Shown here: one piece after another, positions 54,530-64,000 of the stretch
How positions within the stretch are numbered: the first letter of the stretch is position 1
How the letters are laid out: each line of letters begins with the position of its first letter
Assembly (NCBI GenBank): GCA_947631465.1
Contig: CANRLK010000003.1
Coordinates: 701 to 64,700 of the forward strand
Direction: 5' to 3'
Source: an uncultured Clostridia bacterium
GTDB lineage: Bacteria; Bacillota; Clostridia; Christensenellales; Borkfalkiaceae
Length of the DNA stretch: 64,000 bases
Position numbers and translations under genes: made by a program
The notes under the pieces: generated by a model
The model's input: only the letters and a program-made list of their open reading frames with translations
Told to the model about the DNA's origin: nothing
Database searches by the model: none

Positions 54530-54830
54530 TGAAATAAGGTGGGCGCAATGCGCTTTTTATGCCACCCCTTTCGGCGCAAAGCAACGCGCCACTTTCCCCT
54601 CAAAGGGGACAGCAAGGAGAGCCGTAATGCTCATCCCACCCCCCTTGGCTCCCCCTTTGAGGGGGAGCTGGCGCGAAGCGCCTGAGGGGGTGTCATTACA
54701 AATCAACGGCGCGAAGCAGAATCGCCATTCTGCATTGCGCTTGCAGCGGGGGCGACCGCCGCAAGGCTAAGCGAAACGCCTGAGGAGGTGTTGCCTTATC
54801 ATCTTGGCTTCCCCTCGGACGCTGTGGAAG
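54530..54830. repeat. Array D of the hairpin repeat family (inverted orientation)
   Basis: At 54639-54694 the reverse complement matches the core, including the hairpin GGCGCgaaGCGCC. At 54540-54620 the reverse complement matches the CCTTGCTGTCCCCT..AGGGG..TGGCGCG module seen at 87-205. A degenerate core lies at 54770-54800. Confidence 0.8.
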
Positions 54831-54926
54831 GCGTGTTCAGTCACAACAATAACCGCATTTTTGCACTCATTTTCAATAAAATAAACAAAATCTCAAATCT
54901 TTCCATTTAAGGAAAAATATTTCTCA

Positions 54927-54958
54927 CGATCGAAATTTCACAATTTCGGTCGTTTTTT
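54927..54958 (+). terminator. Intrinsic terminator 620 nt downstream of the nearest + strand stop codon
   Basis: CGATCGAAAT-ttcaca-ATTTCGGTCG pairs at 9 of 10 positions. It is followed by TTTTTT. Confidence 0.7.
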
Positions 54959-55098
54959 GTCTTTTCTGCCACGAAATATGGGGTCGAATTATGATAAATA
55001 CCCCAATATTATGAGTTTCGTGACGATTTTGTGAAAAGTATAAGGATTTTTTATGAAGCGTTTAAGAAAAAGTTATGATATTTTCTTTTGAAGAAGTA

Positions 55099-55128
55099 TT
55101 GACAGAAAGGCCCGAAATGACTTATAAT
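55099..55128 (+). promoter_or_regulatory. Promoter of the giant lipoprotein gene
   Basis: TTGACA (55099-55104), an 18-nt spacer and TATAAT (55123-55128). The surrounding sequence is AT-rich. Confidence 0.65.
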
Positions 55129-55158
55129 AAAGAAAATATTAAAGTGAAGGAGTGTAAT

Positions 55159-58100
55159 ATGAAACGGAAAGTATGGATTACATTGCTACTTGTCCTTACA
55201 GCCGCTCTCGGCTTGGTAGCATTTACTTCATGCAAACCCAAAGACAACCCCGTCAATGTCACTGACATTGAAGGTGCAGAGTCCGGGACTTATTACTTCG
55301 ATGTTTCGAGCGAAGAAGAGTATGATCTATCGCTCAGCAACGGGAATAAGTTCACTTTGCTCATGCGGGATGTCACCCGAGCTGGCGAATACACGCTGGA
55401 CGGGGAAAAGCTCACGCTCAATTTCAGCGAGCCGTACACCCAAACGGTGGAAGCGACTTACCGAAATGGCGAGATCACGCTTACATATAACAATCTCACG
55501 ATGAGATTCATCAAGAAGATCTACTTCACCGTCAGCTTCGATACGCATGGCGGCAGTAGCGTCTCTTCGATAAGTGTGGTCAACGGCAGATCGATCGGCA
55601 AGGTCACCGATCCCGAAAGAGAAGGATACACGTTCCTCGGCTGGTACACGGACGAGGCTTATTCGACGTCTTTCGCATTCGATTCGCAGCCTGTCACGGG
55701 GGACATCACCCTGCATGCGCGTTGGCAGGCAGCGGCTGCGGGCGCGGGCTTCAAGGTCAGCTTCGACTTGAACTACGACAATGCTCCCACCCTTGACCCT
55801 GTCACGACGGTCGGCGGCAAGATCCTCGATCTTCAAGACCCGAGACGCGAGGGCTTCCTCTTCGCGGGCTGGTATGTCAGCCAATACGGCAGCAAGGATC
55901 AGCTCTCCTATGCGGTCGATTCGAACACGGTGATCAAGGAAAACGTCACGCTCTATGCGACATGGGAAGAGCCCGGCAACAGCGGCAAGCTTCAAATGCC
56001 GCGCGTCGGCGTGACCGAGCAGGGACTTTCCTGGAACGCGGTCGGTGCGAACACCTACGTTATCACGGTGAAAGGTCCTGCGGGCTTTGTTGAAGTCAAC
56101 GAATCGACGACTTCGACGAGCTTCCCGATCGAGTTTGCGACCGCACCCGCGGGCGAGTATACCATTACCGTCCAAGGCACGGCGTCGAACACGGCGAACA
56201 ATTCGAACGTTGTCACGCTCCGCTACAAGAACAAGGCGCTTGCGCGCGTTTCCCTCTTCGAGGTCGTTTCGCCCGCAACCTTGCTCTTCAATGCCGTCGA
56301 TCATGCACGGGAATATCTCATTTCCATCGATTGCGGCAACAAGAAGCATGTACATACCGCAGTCAGCAACGGCAATTCCACCTATTATAACTTTGCGAAT
56401 TGCTCCATGCAGAAGGGCGGCATCAAGTTCCGCGTCACGGCGCGGGCAAACGGCTATGTCGAATCCGTCTCCGAGGAATTTGCCTATGAGCGGAATCTTG
56501 ACGCCGTAACGAACGTTCGCGTTGACGACAACCAGCTCCTTTCGTGGGATGCGGTCCAAGGCGCGACAAACTACATCTTGTCCATTACCTGCTCGAACGG
56601 CGCGCACGAACACAGCCGCGTCGACGTCGGCAATGCGACGAGTTACAGCCTCAAAGAATGCGGCAAGGGCGAAGTCAAAGTCACCATCACGGCGACGACG
56701 AAGGGCTACAATGCCGCAGATCCCGTCGAGTACAGCTACAATAAGGCGACGATCGCGTCTCCTTCGCACTTCCTTTTGAAGGGCACGACCCTTTCTTGGG
56801 ACGCCGTCGAGGGTGCATCGACCTATACGCTCCGCATTGCGGGCAAGACCTACACGACCGATAAGAATAGCTTTGATTTTGCTACGATTAAGGACATCTC
56901 GTGGTCGAGCGAGGAGGATTATCAAGCGAGCGTACAGGCGCTCACGGGCAACGATCCTTCGTCCAACTCGCTGTTCAGCGAGGGCGTTGACATGCGCTAT
57001 TACGCATTGTATTCGTCCCTTGACTACAACCGCAGCACGCTTTCTTGGCGGCACGTTATCGGCGTGACGAAATACGAAGTCAGCCTCAACGGCACTACGC
57101 TCGGCACTGTCGAAAACGGCGAAAACTTCTACAACATCAAGTTCACCAAAGCGGGCGAGAACACCCTTTCCGTTCGTTTCTTCGACGATGAATCGAACCT
57201 CGAAGGCTCCGATTGGGTCTCGATCGACGTGTTCGCCTACACCATCGAATTCGATACGCGCGGCGGCGGGGAAGTCGATTCGATCTATGTCGCATACGGC
57301 GACAAGCTCGAACTTCCGACGACCGAACGCCTCGGCTATGTGTTCGACGCTTGGTACAATGTTCCAGGCGGCGCAGAGAAGAACGGCGCGCCGTTTGACA
57401 GCGAGTACTATCTCGAAGCGACGGACATCCGTCTCTATGCAAGCTACGATTCCAAGGAATACACCGTCAAATACGTCTACGGCGACAGCCGCGACGAGGA
57501 ATCGAACCCTGCGAAGAAAGAGGGCAAGGTGCTCTACGGCAAGCAGTACACGCTCGATGTTCCCGCTGCACCCGACCAGACCGTCGTGTTCCTCGGCTGG
57601 TTCAGCAAGGCAGACGGCCGCGGCGTCCGTTATACGGATGAAAAGGGCAACAGCCTCCGCACGTGGGCGATCGCAGACAACGGCACGGAAGTCTTTGCTT
57701 ACTTTGCGAAGACTTTGAGCTACACGCTCGTGAATAACGAGTATTACAGTGTTTCGGCAGGTCCCGGTCTTGTTCTTTTGGACGAGGTCACGATCCCCAA
57801 GGAATATAATGACCTTCCCGTCAAGGCGATCCCCGGTTTTGCATTCCTCAATGCGACGACGTTGAAGAGGATTCACATCCCCGATTGCATCAACAATCTC
57901 AACCTTGACGCATTCAAGGGCTGCACGAAGATCGAAGAATTTGATATTTACGATGCAGGCACGGCGGCCTCGGACGTCATGTTCAGGTCGAACAGCGGCG
58001 TCATTTCCATCAAGGAAAACAATACTTGGACGCTTTACCTCTATCCCGTTGCGAGATCGGGCGATTTCATCATTCCCGATGACATCACCGCAATCGCGCC

Positions 58101-61100
58101 CGGGTTCTTCTCGGGCTCGCGGATCACGAAGCTCACCGTCCCCGCAGGGGTCAACGACGTTTCGTTGGAAACCTTCAAGGATTGCCTCTATTTGAGAGAA
58201 GTCGTCTTTGAAGATTCGTCGGAAGAAGGCGCAGAGCTTTCGATCTACACGGGTGCATTCACAAACTGCCCTGCGCTTCGCACGGTCACGTTCCCGAAGC
58301 AGCTCAAAACGTTCGGCGCAGTCAGCGGCGACGATCAGACGGGCGTCAACACAGGGAAAGCGGGCGTATTTGTCAACTGCAACCGTTTGGAGAATGTCTT
58401 GATGAGCGGCGCGGGCAACTACGGATTCACCGTTGTAGACGGCATGCTCATATATGAGCGCAACCTGATCTTCATCCCTGCGACGAAGGTCAGCGAGACC
58501 TTCACCGTTCCCTCGGGCATTACGGGGCTCGGCGACTACTTGTTCGAAAGAGCAGCGTATCCTTACAATGTAGAGATCCCCGCATGGGTCACCTACATCG
58601 GCAAGGACGCATTCCATGGCAACACAGGGCTTCAAACGGTCATCTTCAAGGCATCGTCGAGCGGTCTTGCGGCAAAGCTTGAAATCGGTGAAGAGGCATT
58701 CTTCAACTGCGCAGCTTTGACGGAGATGACGTTCGAAGACGGCTGCGGCGTTCAGACGCTTGGAAAGCGCGCGCTCTATCAGTGCGACGCGCTCACGGCG
58801 CTCGAACTTCCGAACTCGCTCGAAGTCGTTGAAGACGAGGCATTCGGCTCTTGCAACGCGCTTGCAAGCATTAAGTTCAGAGAAGGCAGCGCGAAGCTCG
58901 AAATCGGCATGAGCATTTTCACCGACTGCACGTCTCTTGCGAAGATCGAACTTCCTTCGAGCATTTCCAAGATCGAATACGGCTCGTTCGAAGGCGCAAA
59001 CACGAATGAGATCGAAATCGCGCCTGGCGGCAAGTACTACGTAAGTGAGAAAAACGTCGTCTACGGCTTGAAAGACGGCGATGGCCACACGAAATACGAC
59101 CTCGTTTACTATCCGAAGAACCTCGATATGAAGGGCATCGATCTTCCCGAGACGCTTGAAAAGATCGGCGCGTTCGTATTCAGAGGCAACACGCAATTGA
59201 CGGAGATCAAGATCCCCAAGAATGTCAATTGGATCGGTTGGGAGGCATTCAGCGGCGCGACCAACCTCAAGAAGGTCACCTTCGATGGCAAGGAAACGGT
59301 CGCAAAGATCGAGTTTGCGGTCGCGGAATATACGGATCGGTCAGGAAATGCCATCGAGATGAGCTATGCGTTCCGCAACTGCACGTCGCTCAGCGAACTT
59401 GCACTTCCCAATAGCTTGGAAGTGATCCCGGGCGGCTTCCTGTACATGGATGTAAAGGGCGCATCGTCGCTCAGCGAGTTCACGATTCCCGAATCGGTGA
59501 AGACGATCGGCAACCAGGCGTTCTATCACTCGAACATCGAGGCCGTTGATATTACGGCGAAGGTTGAAACGATCGGCGATGAGGCGTTCTATGACGGCAA
59601 CATCACGTCGTTGGTGTTCGCAGGCGAGTCCTCGAACGCACCCGGCAGCGGGGAGGAATTTGTTCCCGTGGGCGATGACGGTGTTGCAGGCGCGCTTCAA
59701 AGCATCGGCGACCGCGCATTCTATGCTGCAAAGATCACGGCTTTGGATCTTCCCGACAGCTTGACGAAGATCGGCAGCAGCGCATTCCAGAATACGAGAA
59801 TCAACCGCCTTACCCTCGGCAAGGGCGTTGAAGAGATCGGCGACAGCGCATTCCAGGGCTGCACGGCGCTCTACGCTGTGACGATCAGCTCCGACATCGA
59901 AAAGATGGGTAGCAACGTATTCGGAAGCTGCTCTTCGCTCATTCAAATGAACTTCGGTGACGGCGTGAAAGTCATCCCGTCAGGGCTTATCAGCTATGAA
60001 ATGGCAATCAGCAGAGTCCACATTGCGGCGTCCGTTGAGAGGATCGCGAGGGGCGCTTTGAGTTCGTATCGGATCACGCAGGTTGACATTGACGATAACA
60101 GCAGCTTAACAACGATCGAGGACGGCGCGTTTGGAAGCAAAAGCGAAATGGGTGGTGGTAGCGGCGCTGGCATCAGTACATTGAAAGTACCTGAAAAAGT
60201 CACGACCATCGGCAATTACGCATTCTCGAATTGTTCGAGTCTTAGAACCGTCACGCTCCCGCTGTCCTTGACGAGTATCGGCGACAGCGCATTCGAGAGT
60301 TGCTGGCAGCTTACAACTGTCAACTTCACGGGCGGCACGGAAGCGGCGGATGGTCTTACCCTCGGTTCGTATGTGTTCAAGAGCTGCAGTAGCCTTACTA
60401 CGATCACCCTTCCCAAGACGGTAAATGAGATCGGCGATAACCTTTTCGAGGAATCGGGCGTCACGAGTCTCACGTTCGCGGAAGGCAGCGACGGTCGTTT
60501 CCAAGTGGATAGCGGCATCGTTTATGACAAAGACAAGAAGACGCTCTACTTCGCGCTTCCTCAAACGTCGGGCAGCGTGCAGATCCCTGCCAGCGTCGAG
60601 TACATCAACGACCATGCCTTCACGGGTACGCAGGTCTCGACTGTCACGTTCGACAGCAATGGAAGCAATAGCGTCCTTCACATCGGCAGCAAGGCGACGA
60701 TCGAAGATAACGGTTCGTTCAAGGGCGACAGCGAGCACGGCGCGTTCCAGCAAGCATATAGCCTCAGCTCGGTCACTTTCCCGACGGGCCGCGAAGTTTG
60801 GATCGGCGGCTACGCATTCAGCAACAGCGGCCTTTCGACCGTAACACTTGGCGGGACCAAGCACATCGGTAATAACGCATTCCAGAGCTCGAGTTTGACG
60901 AAAATCGAGCTTCCCGAAGGGTTGGAAGATCTCGGCGACTATGCGCTTGCAAACCTCTCTTCTCTCAGCAGCGACGATGGCAAGCTTGAATTCCCTGCAA
61001 GCCTGAAAAAGCTTGGTAAGAATGTATTCGAATCCGCTAATTTTAAGAGTGTCAAGTTCGCCGAGAATGGCCAGTTGACTGTGATCAACGAGGGGGCATT

Positions 61101-64000
61101 CGCTACCGCATTCGGCAACTTGGGGTCTTCAACTCCAAAGGTCGACGAGATTGTGATCCCCGATTATGTCACGAGAATCGAAAAGGATGCATTCCATGGG
61201 GCAGCAGTCAAAAAGTTCGTGATCGGCAAGAATGTAGATGAGATCGGAGAAAGTGCATTCAATTACTGCCTTGCAACGGAAGAGATCGAGTTCGAGAAAG
61301 ATAACACCGCACTGAAAACGATCGGCGTGAGCGCATTCCGTGAGGCAAAGGGCATCAAGACGATTTCGAATGTTCCCAAGAGCGTGACGAAGATCGGCGA
61401 CAATGCATTCAGAGGCTGCTCTAAACTCGTAACGCTCGAGTTTGAAAAAGACGGCACGGATGCGCTTATCATCGGCGATCCGAATAGCACTGCGCAGAGC
61501 AAGTGGAATGTGTTTGAAGGCTGTACGTCCTTGACGGAAGTCGAGCTTCCTTCGCGCGTTACCACCATCACGCCGTACCTCTTCTCGGGCTGCACAAAGC
61601 TTCAAAAGGTGACTTTGCCCAATGCGCTCACCTTGATCCCCGAGTACACGTTCCTGAATTGCACTTCGCTTAAAGAAGTGGACTTCCCCGAAAACAGCGT
61701 GTTGACCGAGATCGGCGAACAGGCATTCATGAACAACAAGCTCACGAGCTTCAAACTTCCCAAGACCGTTACGAAGATCGGGTATCAGGCGTTCTACGGC
61801 TTCGGCGGTGATGGGCTCGAGTTCGAGATCGAAGTGGACGAAAAGACCAACAAGAGCGACCTTGAGACGATCGAAAAAGAGGCGTTTGCGAGTTCGAAGA
61901 TCCAGGAGTTTGACTTCTCCAAGACGAAGGTCAAGACTTTCGAATCGGGAACGTTTGCGGATTGCGCGCAGTTGAAGACGATCAATCTCGAAGGGCTCAA
62001 CTTTGTCCCGCAACAGGCATTCAGAAACTGCCAGCAGCTTTCCGAAATCACTTGGGGTACGACCATTACCTCCATTGAAAACGGTGCGTTCTGGAACTGC
62101 AAGGCGATCACGGAATTGGATCTTCCCGCACAGATCGAAGCCGTCGGCTCTTTCAGCAGCAGCGCACAGATGGAGAGCTACTACGGCGAGGGAAAGGAGC
62201 ACTATGTCGGCGCGTTCGAAATGACGGGCATCACGAGCGTTGACTTCTCGCATGCCGACGCACTCAAAACCATCGGCAGCGGCGCGTTCTACGGAACGCA
62301 GCTCGAAGGCGAAATCGAACTTTCCGATCACTTGGAGCGTCTTTGCCCCTTCGCGTTCGGGAACACGAAGATCACCAAGCTCGATCTTCCGTCCACGTTG
62401 CAAGCCGTAAGCTATCAGGTGACGAGCGGAACCGCTTATGTCTATATCTCAAACAGCACGTTGAGTATCCCGACCCTTGAAGAGATCAATATCAGAGAAG
62501 GGGAAGGCAGTTACTCCTCGATCGACGGCGTGCTCTATTATAGCAGCGCGAATAGCGATAGCAAAGTCCTTATGGTATGGCCTGTTGCAAAGGATGCGAC
62601 CCTCGACGAGACGGAAGTTAAGAAGTACTTCGATGGCGTCACGCAGGTCTACGACTACGCGTTCTATAAGAATGCGGGCCTTGAAGACAAGGAAGTCGAC
62701 CTTTCGGGTACGGAAGTCACGCGGTTCGGCACGAACTCCATTGCAGAAACGGGCGTGAAGAGCCTCAAGCTTCCCGGGGCGACCCTTAGCGAATATGCGT
62801 TTGCCAATAACACGAAGCTCGAAAAGGTTGAATTTGTCGACGGCGACGGAACGGAGACCTTCGCACAGAGTCCCTTCTCTGCGGACAACAGGAACATCGG
62901 CGGAGCGAGAAATAGCGGCTGCCCTGCATTGACGGAGATCAAACTTCCCGAAGATCTTACGGCGATCCCCGCTTCCTTCCTGAGCGGCACGAAGGTCGAG
63001 TCCATCGACGTTCCCGCAAATGTCACCTCGATCGGCAATTACGCATTTGCGATCGCATCGCTTACAAAAGTCAACTTTGCGAATGAAGAAGACAGACAGG
63101 AAGGCGCGCAGCTCGTATTGGGCAATTACGTCTTCCAGAACTCCTCGATCACGGAGATCACGCTTCCCGAGCGCACGACCTTCGCGATCAACAGCAGCAG
63201 CACCTACCCCTATGAAGGGAACGGCGTGTTCCAGGGCTGCAAGTCACTTACAAAAGTAACGCTCCCTGAGAGCATCCCTTACCTCAACGGCAACTTCTTT
63301 AAGGATTGCGAAAAGCTCACGACGATCGTTGGGCTTGAAAAGTTGGATCTCGATTGGATCGAGAACGGTGTGTTCGAGGGCTGCACTATGCTCGTAACGG
63401 GCAAGGAAAAGGCAGAAGGCGGAGAGAGCACAGAGGACGACGATTGGATGGTCCTCAACGTTGCAGAGTTGAAAGACGGCATTATAATCAGTAAGAACTC
63501 CATGTTCGCGAACTCGGGCATCAAGAAGTTGAAGTTCACTTCGAAGCTCACATTGATCGATTCTTACCAGCTCAGCGTGAATACCGCGCTCGAAGAAGTC
63601 GATATGAGCGCAGCGACCAATGTCCATATCAGCTGTGATATCTTCAACGGCGACTCGAATCTGAAATCCGTCAAATTCCCGAAGGGCGACGTCGAATGGG
63701 TAACGTTCCCGAGTCAGTCGACGATCGGCAGCGCGGCGAACCTCGAAACCGTCGAAATCGGCGCAAACGTCACGACCCTTCCCGACTACTTCACGGACGA
63801 AAACGGCACGCCGAAACTCAAAGAAGTAAAGATTCAAACGGGAGAAGGCGAGACTTCGCAGCTTCGTACCATCGGCGCGTATGCGCTCCAAGGCATGAGA
63901 GCGGAGGAGGGTATCGAAAGCTTCACCCTTCCCGCAACCGTTGAAACGCTCGGCGAAGGCGCGTTCAGCGGAAGCGCTATCAAGAAGATCGAGTTCGAAG
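55159..64000 (+). CDS. Giant surface lipoprotein, at least 2947 aa, 3'-truncated by the window: flg_new repeats, Fn3-like modules and a very long BspA-type LRR (LRR_5) region
   Basis: This ORF is not in the supplied track. The SD GAAGGAG at 55146-55152 precedes the ATG at 55159. I read every frame-1 codon from 55159 to 63999 and found no stop. It has a signal peptide with Cys (LVAFTSC). It contains GYTFLGWYTDEAY and GFLFAGWY, four LSW(D/N)AV.GA..Y modules, and dozens of units of the type IG..AF..C..L..(I/V). Confidence 0.93.
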   Translation, partial: MKRKVWITLLLVLTAALGLVAFTSCKPKDNPVNVTDIEGAESGTYYFDVSSEEEYDLSLSNGNKFTLLMRDVTRAGEYTLDGEKLTLNFSEPYTQTVEATYRNGEITLTYNNLTMRFIKKIYFTVSFDTHGGSSVSSISVVNGRSIGKVTDPEREGYTFLGWYTDEAYSTSFAFDSQPVTGDITLHARWQAAAAGAGFKVSFDLNYDNAPTLDPVTTVGGKILDLQDPRREGFLFAGWYVSQYGSKDQLSYAVDSNTVIKENVTLYATWEEPGNSGKLQMPRVGVTEQGLSWNAVGANTYVITVKGPAGFVEVNESTTSTSFPIEFATAPAGEYTITVQGTASNTANNSNVVTLRYKNKALARVSLFEVVSPATLLFNAVDHAREYLISIDCGNKKHVHTAVSNGNSTYYNFANCSMQKGGIKFRVTARANGYVESVSEEFAYERNLDAVTNVRVDDNQLLSWDAVQGATNYILSITCSNGAHEHSRVDVGNATSYSLKECGKGEVKVTITATTKGYNAADPVEYSYNKATIASPSHFLLKGTTLSWDAVEGASTYTLRIAGKTYTTDKNSFDFATIKDISWSSEEDYQASVQALTGNDPSSNSLFSEGVDMRYYALYSSLDYNRSTLSWRHVIGVTKYEVSLNGTTLGTVENGENFYNIKFTKAGENTLSVRFFDDESNLEGSDWVSIDVFAYTIEFDTRGGGEVDSIYVAYGDKLELPTTERLGYVFDAWYNVPGGAEKNGAPFDSEYYLEATDIRLYASYDSKEYTVKYVYGDSRDEESNPAKKEGKVLYGKQYTLDVPAAPDQTVVFLGWFSKADGRGVRYTDEKGNSLRTWAIADNGTEVFAYFAKTLSYTLVNNEYYSVSAGPGLVLLDEVTIPKEYNDLPVKAIPGFAFLNATTLKRIHIPDCINNLNLDAFKGCTKIEEFDIYDAGTAASDVMFRSNSGVISIKENNTWTLYLYPVARSGDFIIPDDITAIAPGFFSGSRITKLTVPAGVNDVSLETFKDCLYLREVVFEDSSEEGAELSIYTGAFTNCPALRTVTFPKQLKTFGAVSGDDQTGVNTGKAGVFVNCNRLENVLMSGAGNYGFTVVDGMLIYERNLIFIPATKVSETFTVPSGITGLGDYLFERAAYPYNVEIPAWVTYIGKDAFHGNTGLQTVIFKASSSGLAAKLEIGEEAFFNCAALTEMTFEDGCGVQTLGKRALYQCDALTALELPNSLEVVEDEAFGSCNALASIKFREGSAKLEIGMSIFTDCTSLAKIELPSSISKIEYGSFEGANTNEIEIAPGGKYYVSEKNVVYGLKDGDGHTKYDLVYYPKNLDMKGIDLPETLEKIGAFVFRGNTQLTEIKIPKNVNWIGWEAFSGATNLKKVTFDGKETVAKIEFAVAEYTDRSGNAIEMSYAFRNCTSLSELALPNSLEVIPGGFLYMDVKGASSLSEFTIPESVKTIGNQAFYHSNIEAVDITAKVETIGDEAFYDGNITSLVFAGESSNAPGSGEEFVPVGDDGVAGALQSIGDRAFYAAKITALDLPDSLTKIGSSAFQNTRINRLTLGKGVEEIGDSAFQGCTALYAVTISSDIEKMGSNVFGSCSSLIQMNFGDGVKVIPSGLISYEMAISRVHIAASVERIARGALSSYRITQVDIDDNSSLTTIEDGAFGSKSEMGGGSGAGISTLKVPEKVTTIGNYAFSNCSSLRTVTLPLSLTSIGDSAFESCWQLTTVNFTGGTEAADGLTLGSYVFKSCSSLTTITLPKTVNEIGDNLFEESGVTSLTFAEGSDGRFQVDSGIVYDKDKKTLYFALPQTSGSVQIPASVEYINDHAFTGTQVSTVTFDSNGSNSVLHIGSKATIEDNGSFKGDSEHGAFQQAYSLSSVTFPTGREVWIGGYAFSNSGLSTVTLGGTKHIGNNAFQSSSLTKIELPEGLEDLGDYALANLSSLSSDDGKLEFPASLKKLGKNVFESANFKSVKFAENGQLTVINEGAFATAFGNLGSSTPKVDEIVIPDYVTRIEKDAFHGAAVKKFVIGKNVDEIGESAFNYCLATEEIEFEKDNTALKTIGVSAFREAKGIKTISNVPKSVTKIGDNAFRGCSKLVTLEFEKDGTDALIIGDPNSTAQSKWNVFEGCTSLTEVELPSRVTTITPYLFSGCTKLQKVTLPNALTLIPEYTFLNCTSLKEVDFPENSVLTEIGEQAFMNNKLTSFKLPKTVTKIGYQAFYGFGGDGLEFEIEVDEKTNKSDLETIEKEAFASSKIQEFDFSKTKVKTFESGTFADCAQLKTINLEGLNFVPQQAFRNCQQLSEITWGTTITSIENGAFWNCKAITELDLPAQIEAVGSFSSSAQMESYYGEGKEHYVGAFEMTGITSVDFSHADALKTIGSGAFYGTQLEGEIELSDHLERLCPFAFGNTKITKLDLPSTLQAVSYQVTSGTAYVYISNSTLSIPTLEEINIREGEGSYSSIDGVLYYSSANSDSKVLMVWPVAKDATLDETEVKKYFDGVTQVYDYAFYKNAGLEDKEVDLSGTEVTRFGTNSIAETGVKSLKLPGATLSEYAFANNTKLEKVEFVDGDGTETFAQSPFSADNRNIGGARNSGCPALTEIKLPEDLTAIPASFLSGTKVESIDVPANVTSIGNYAFAIASLTKVNFANEEDRQEGAQLVLGNYVFQNSSITEITLPERTTFAINSSSTYPYEGNGVFQGCKSLTKVTLPESIPYLNGNFFKDCEKLTTIVGLEKLDLDWIENGVFEGCTMLVTGKEKAEGGESTEDDDWMVLNVAELKDGIIISKNSMFANSGIKKLKFTSKLTLIDSYQLSVNTALEEVDMSAATNVHISCDIFNGDSNLKSVKFPKGDVEWVTFPSQSTIGSAANLETVEIGANVTTLPDYFTDENGTPKLKEVKIQTGEGETSQLRTIGAYALQGMRAEEGIESFTLPATVETLGEGAFSGSAIKKIEFE

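Noticed and set aside
54314-54615. ORFs 54314-54508(+), 54367-54615(-) and 54459-54770(+), considered as genes or a pseudogene remnant.
   Set aside because: None has an SD or a recognisable family. They partly overlap repeat array D, and the K/R-rich minus-strand product is low in complexity. A decayed gene fragment cannot be excluded without a database search.
55327-63891. Very long minus-strand ORFs: 55327-59196 (1289 aa), 59341-59946, 60106-60864, 61129-62403 and 63244-63891.
   Set aside because: Their codons are exact reverse complements of the + strand frame-1 codons. They stay open only because the real gene almost never uses TTA, CTA or TCA. Each antisense ORF ends exactly where one of those codons appears, for example CTA just before 55327. 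The products are R/A/D/E/L-rich and low in complexity, with no RBS. The + strand translation shows clear lipoprotein, flg_new and LRR motifs.

Overview
This is a 64-kb chromosomal window from a high-GC, endospore-forming Bacillota (Clostridia-like) genome. Most of it is ordinary housekeeping DNA, mainly on the + strand, with Bacillus-like synteny. The backbone genes are: greA-lysS; decarboxylase-holB-ricT; ferredoxin; trmN6-like MTase-rsmI; spmAB; metG-tatD-rSAM-rsmA; an ABC/FtsX exporter; hlyIII; fba; trpS; rlmD; ferritin; CDF; pyrBCFKDE; gap; and yqfC-yqfD-phoH-7TM-HD-ybeY-era-yqzL-recO.

Seven things are not ordinary:
1. The first 4 kb is a more AT-rich accessory patch. Arrays of a nested-hairpin repeat family separate self-contained cassettes: XRE / Cys-rich 61-aa protein / JAB metalloprotease, then a LytTR regulator plus polytopic membrane protein, then MarR. 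The same repeat family recurs at 54.5-54.8 kb.
2. A tightly packed trio sits between trpS and rlmD at the window centre: a DUF5685-like protein with two Asp-rich motifs, an HPD-less J-like protein ending in a cysteine string, and a small polytopic membrane protein. No function is described for it, to my knowledge.
3. Three large lipoproteins share Listeria-Bacteroides (flg_new) repeats and BspA-type LRRs. One is a + strand ORF of at least 2947 codons (55159 to the window end). It is absent from the supplied ORF track, which shows only its antisense shadows.
4. There is a candidate preQ1-I riboswitch upstream of queT.
5. There are two clusters of DnaA boxes away from any dnaA gene.
6. Six genes recurrently show a TATAAT-N5-8-ATG (leaderless) arrangement.
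7. Two real genes shorter than 60 aa (a 2x[4Fe-4S] ferredoxin and yqzL) are invisible in the track.

No tRNA, rRNA, CRISPR array, transposase or integrase was seen. All family assignments come from motif recognition by eye. No database search was run.
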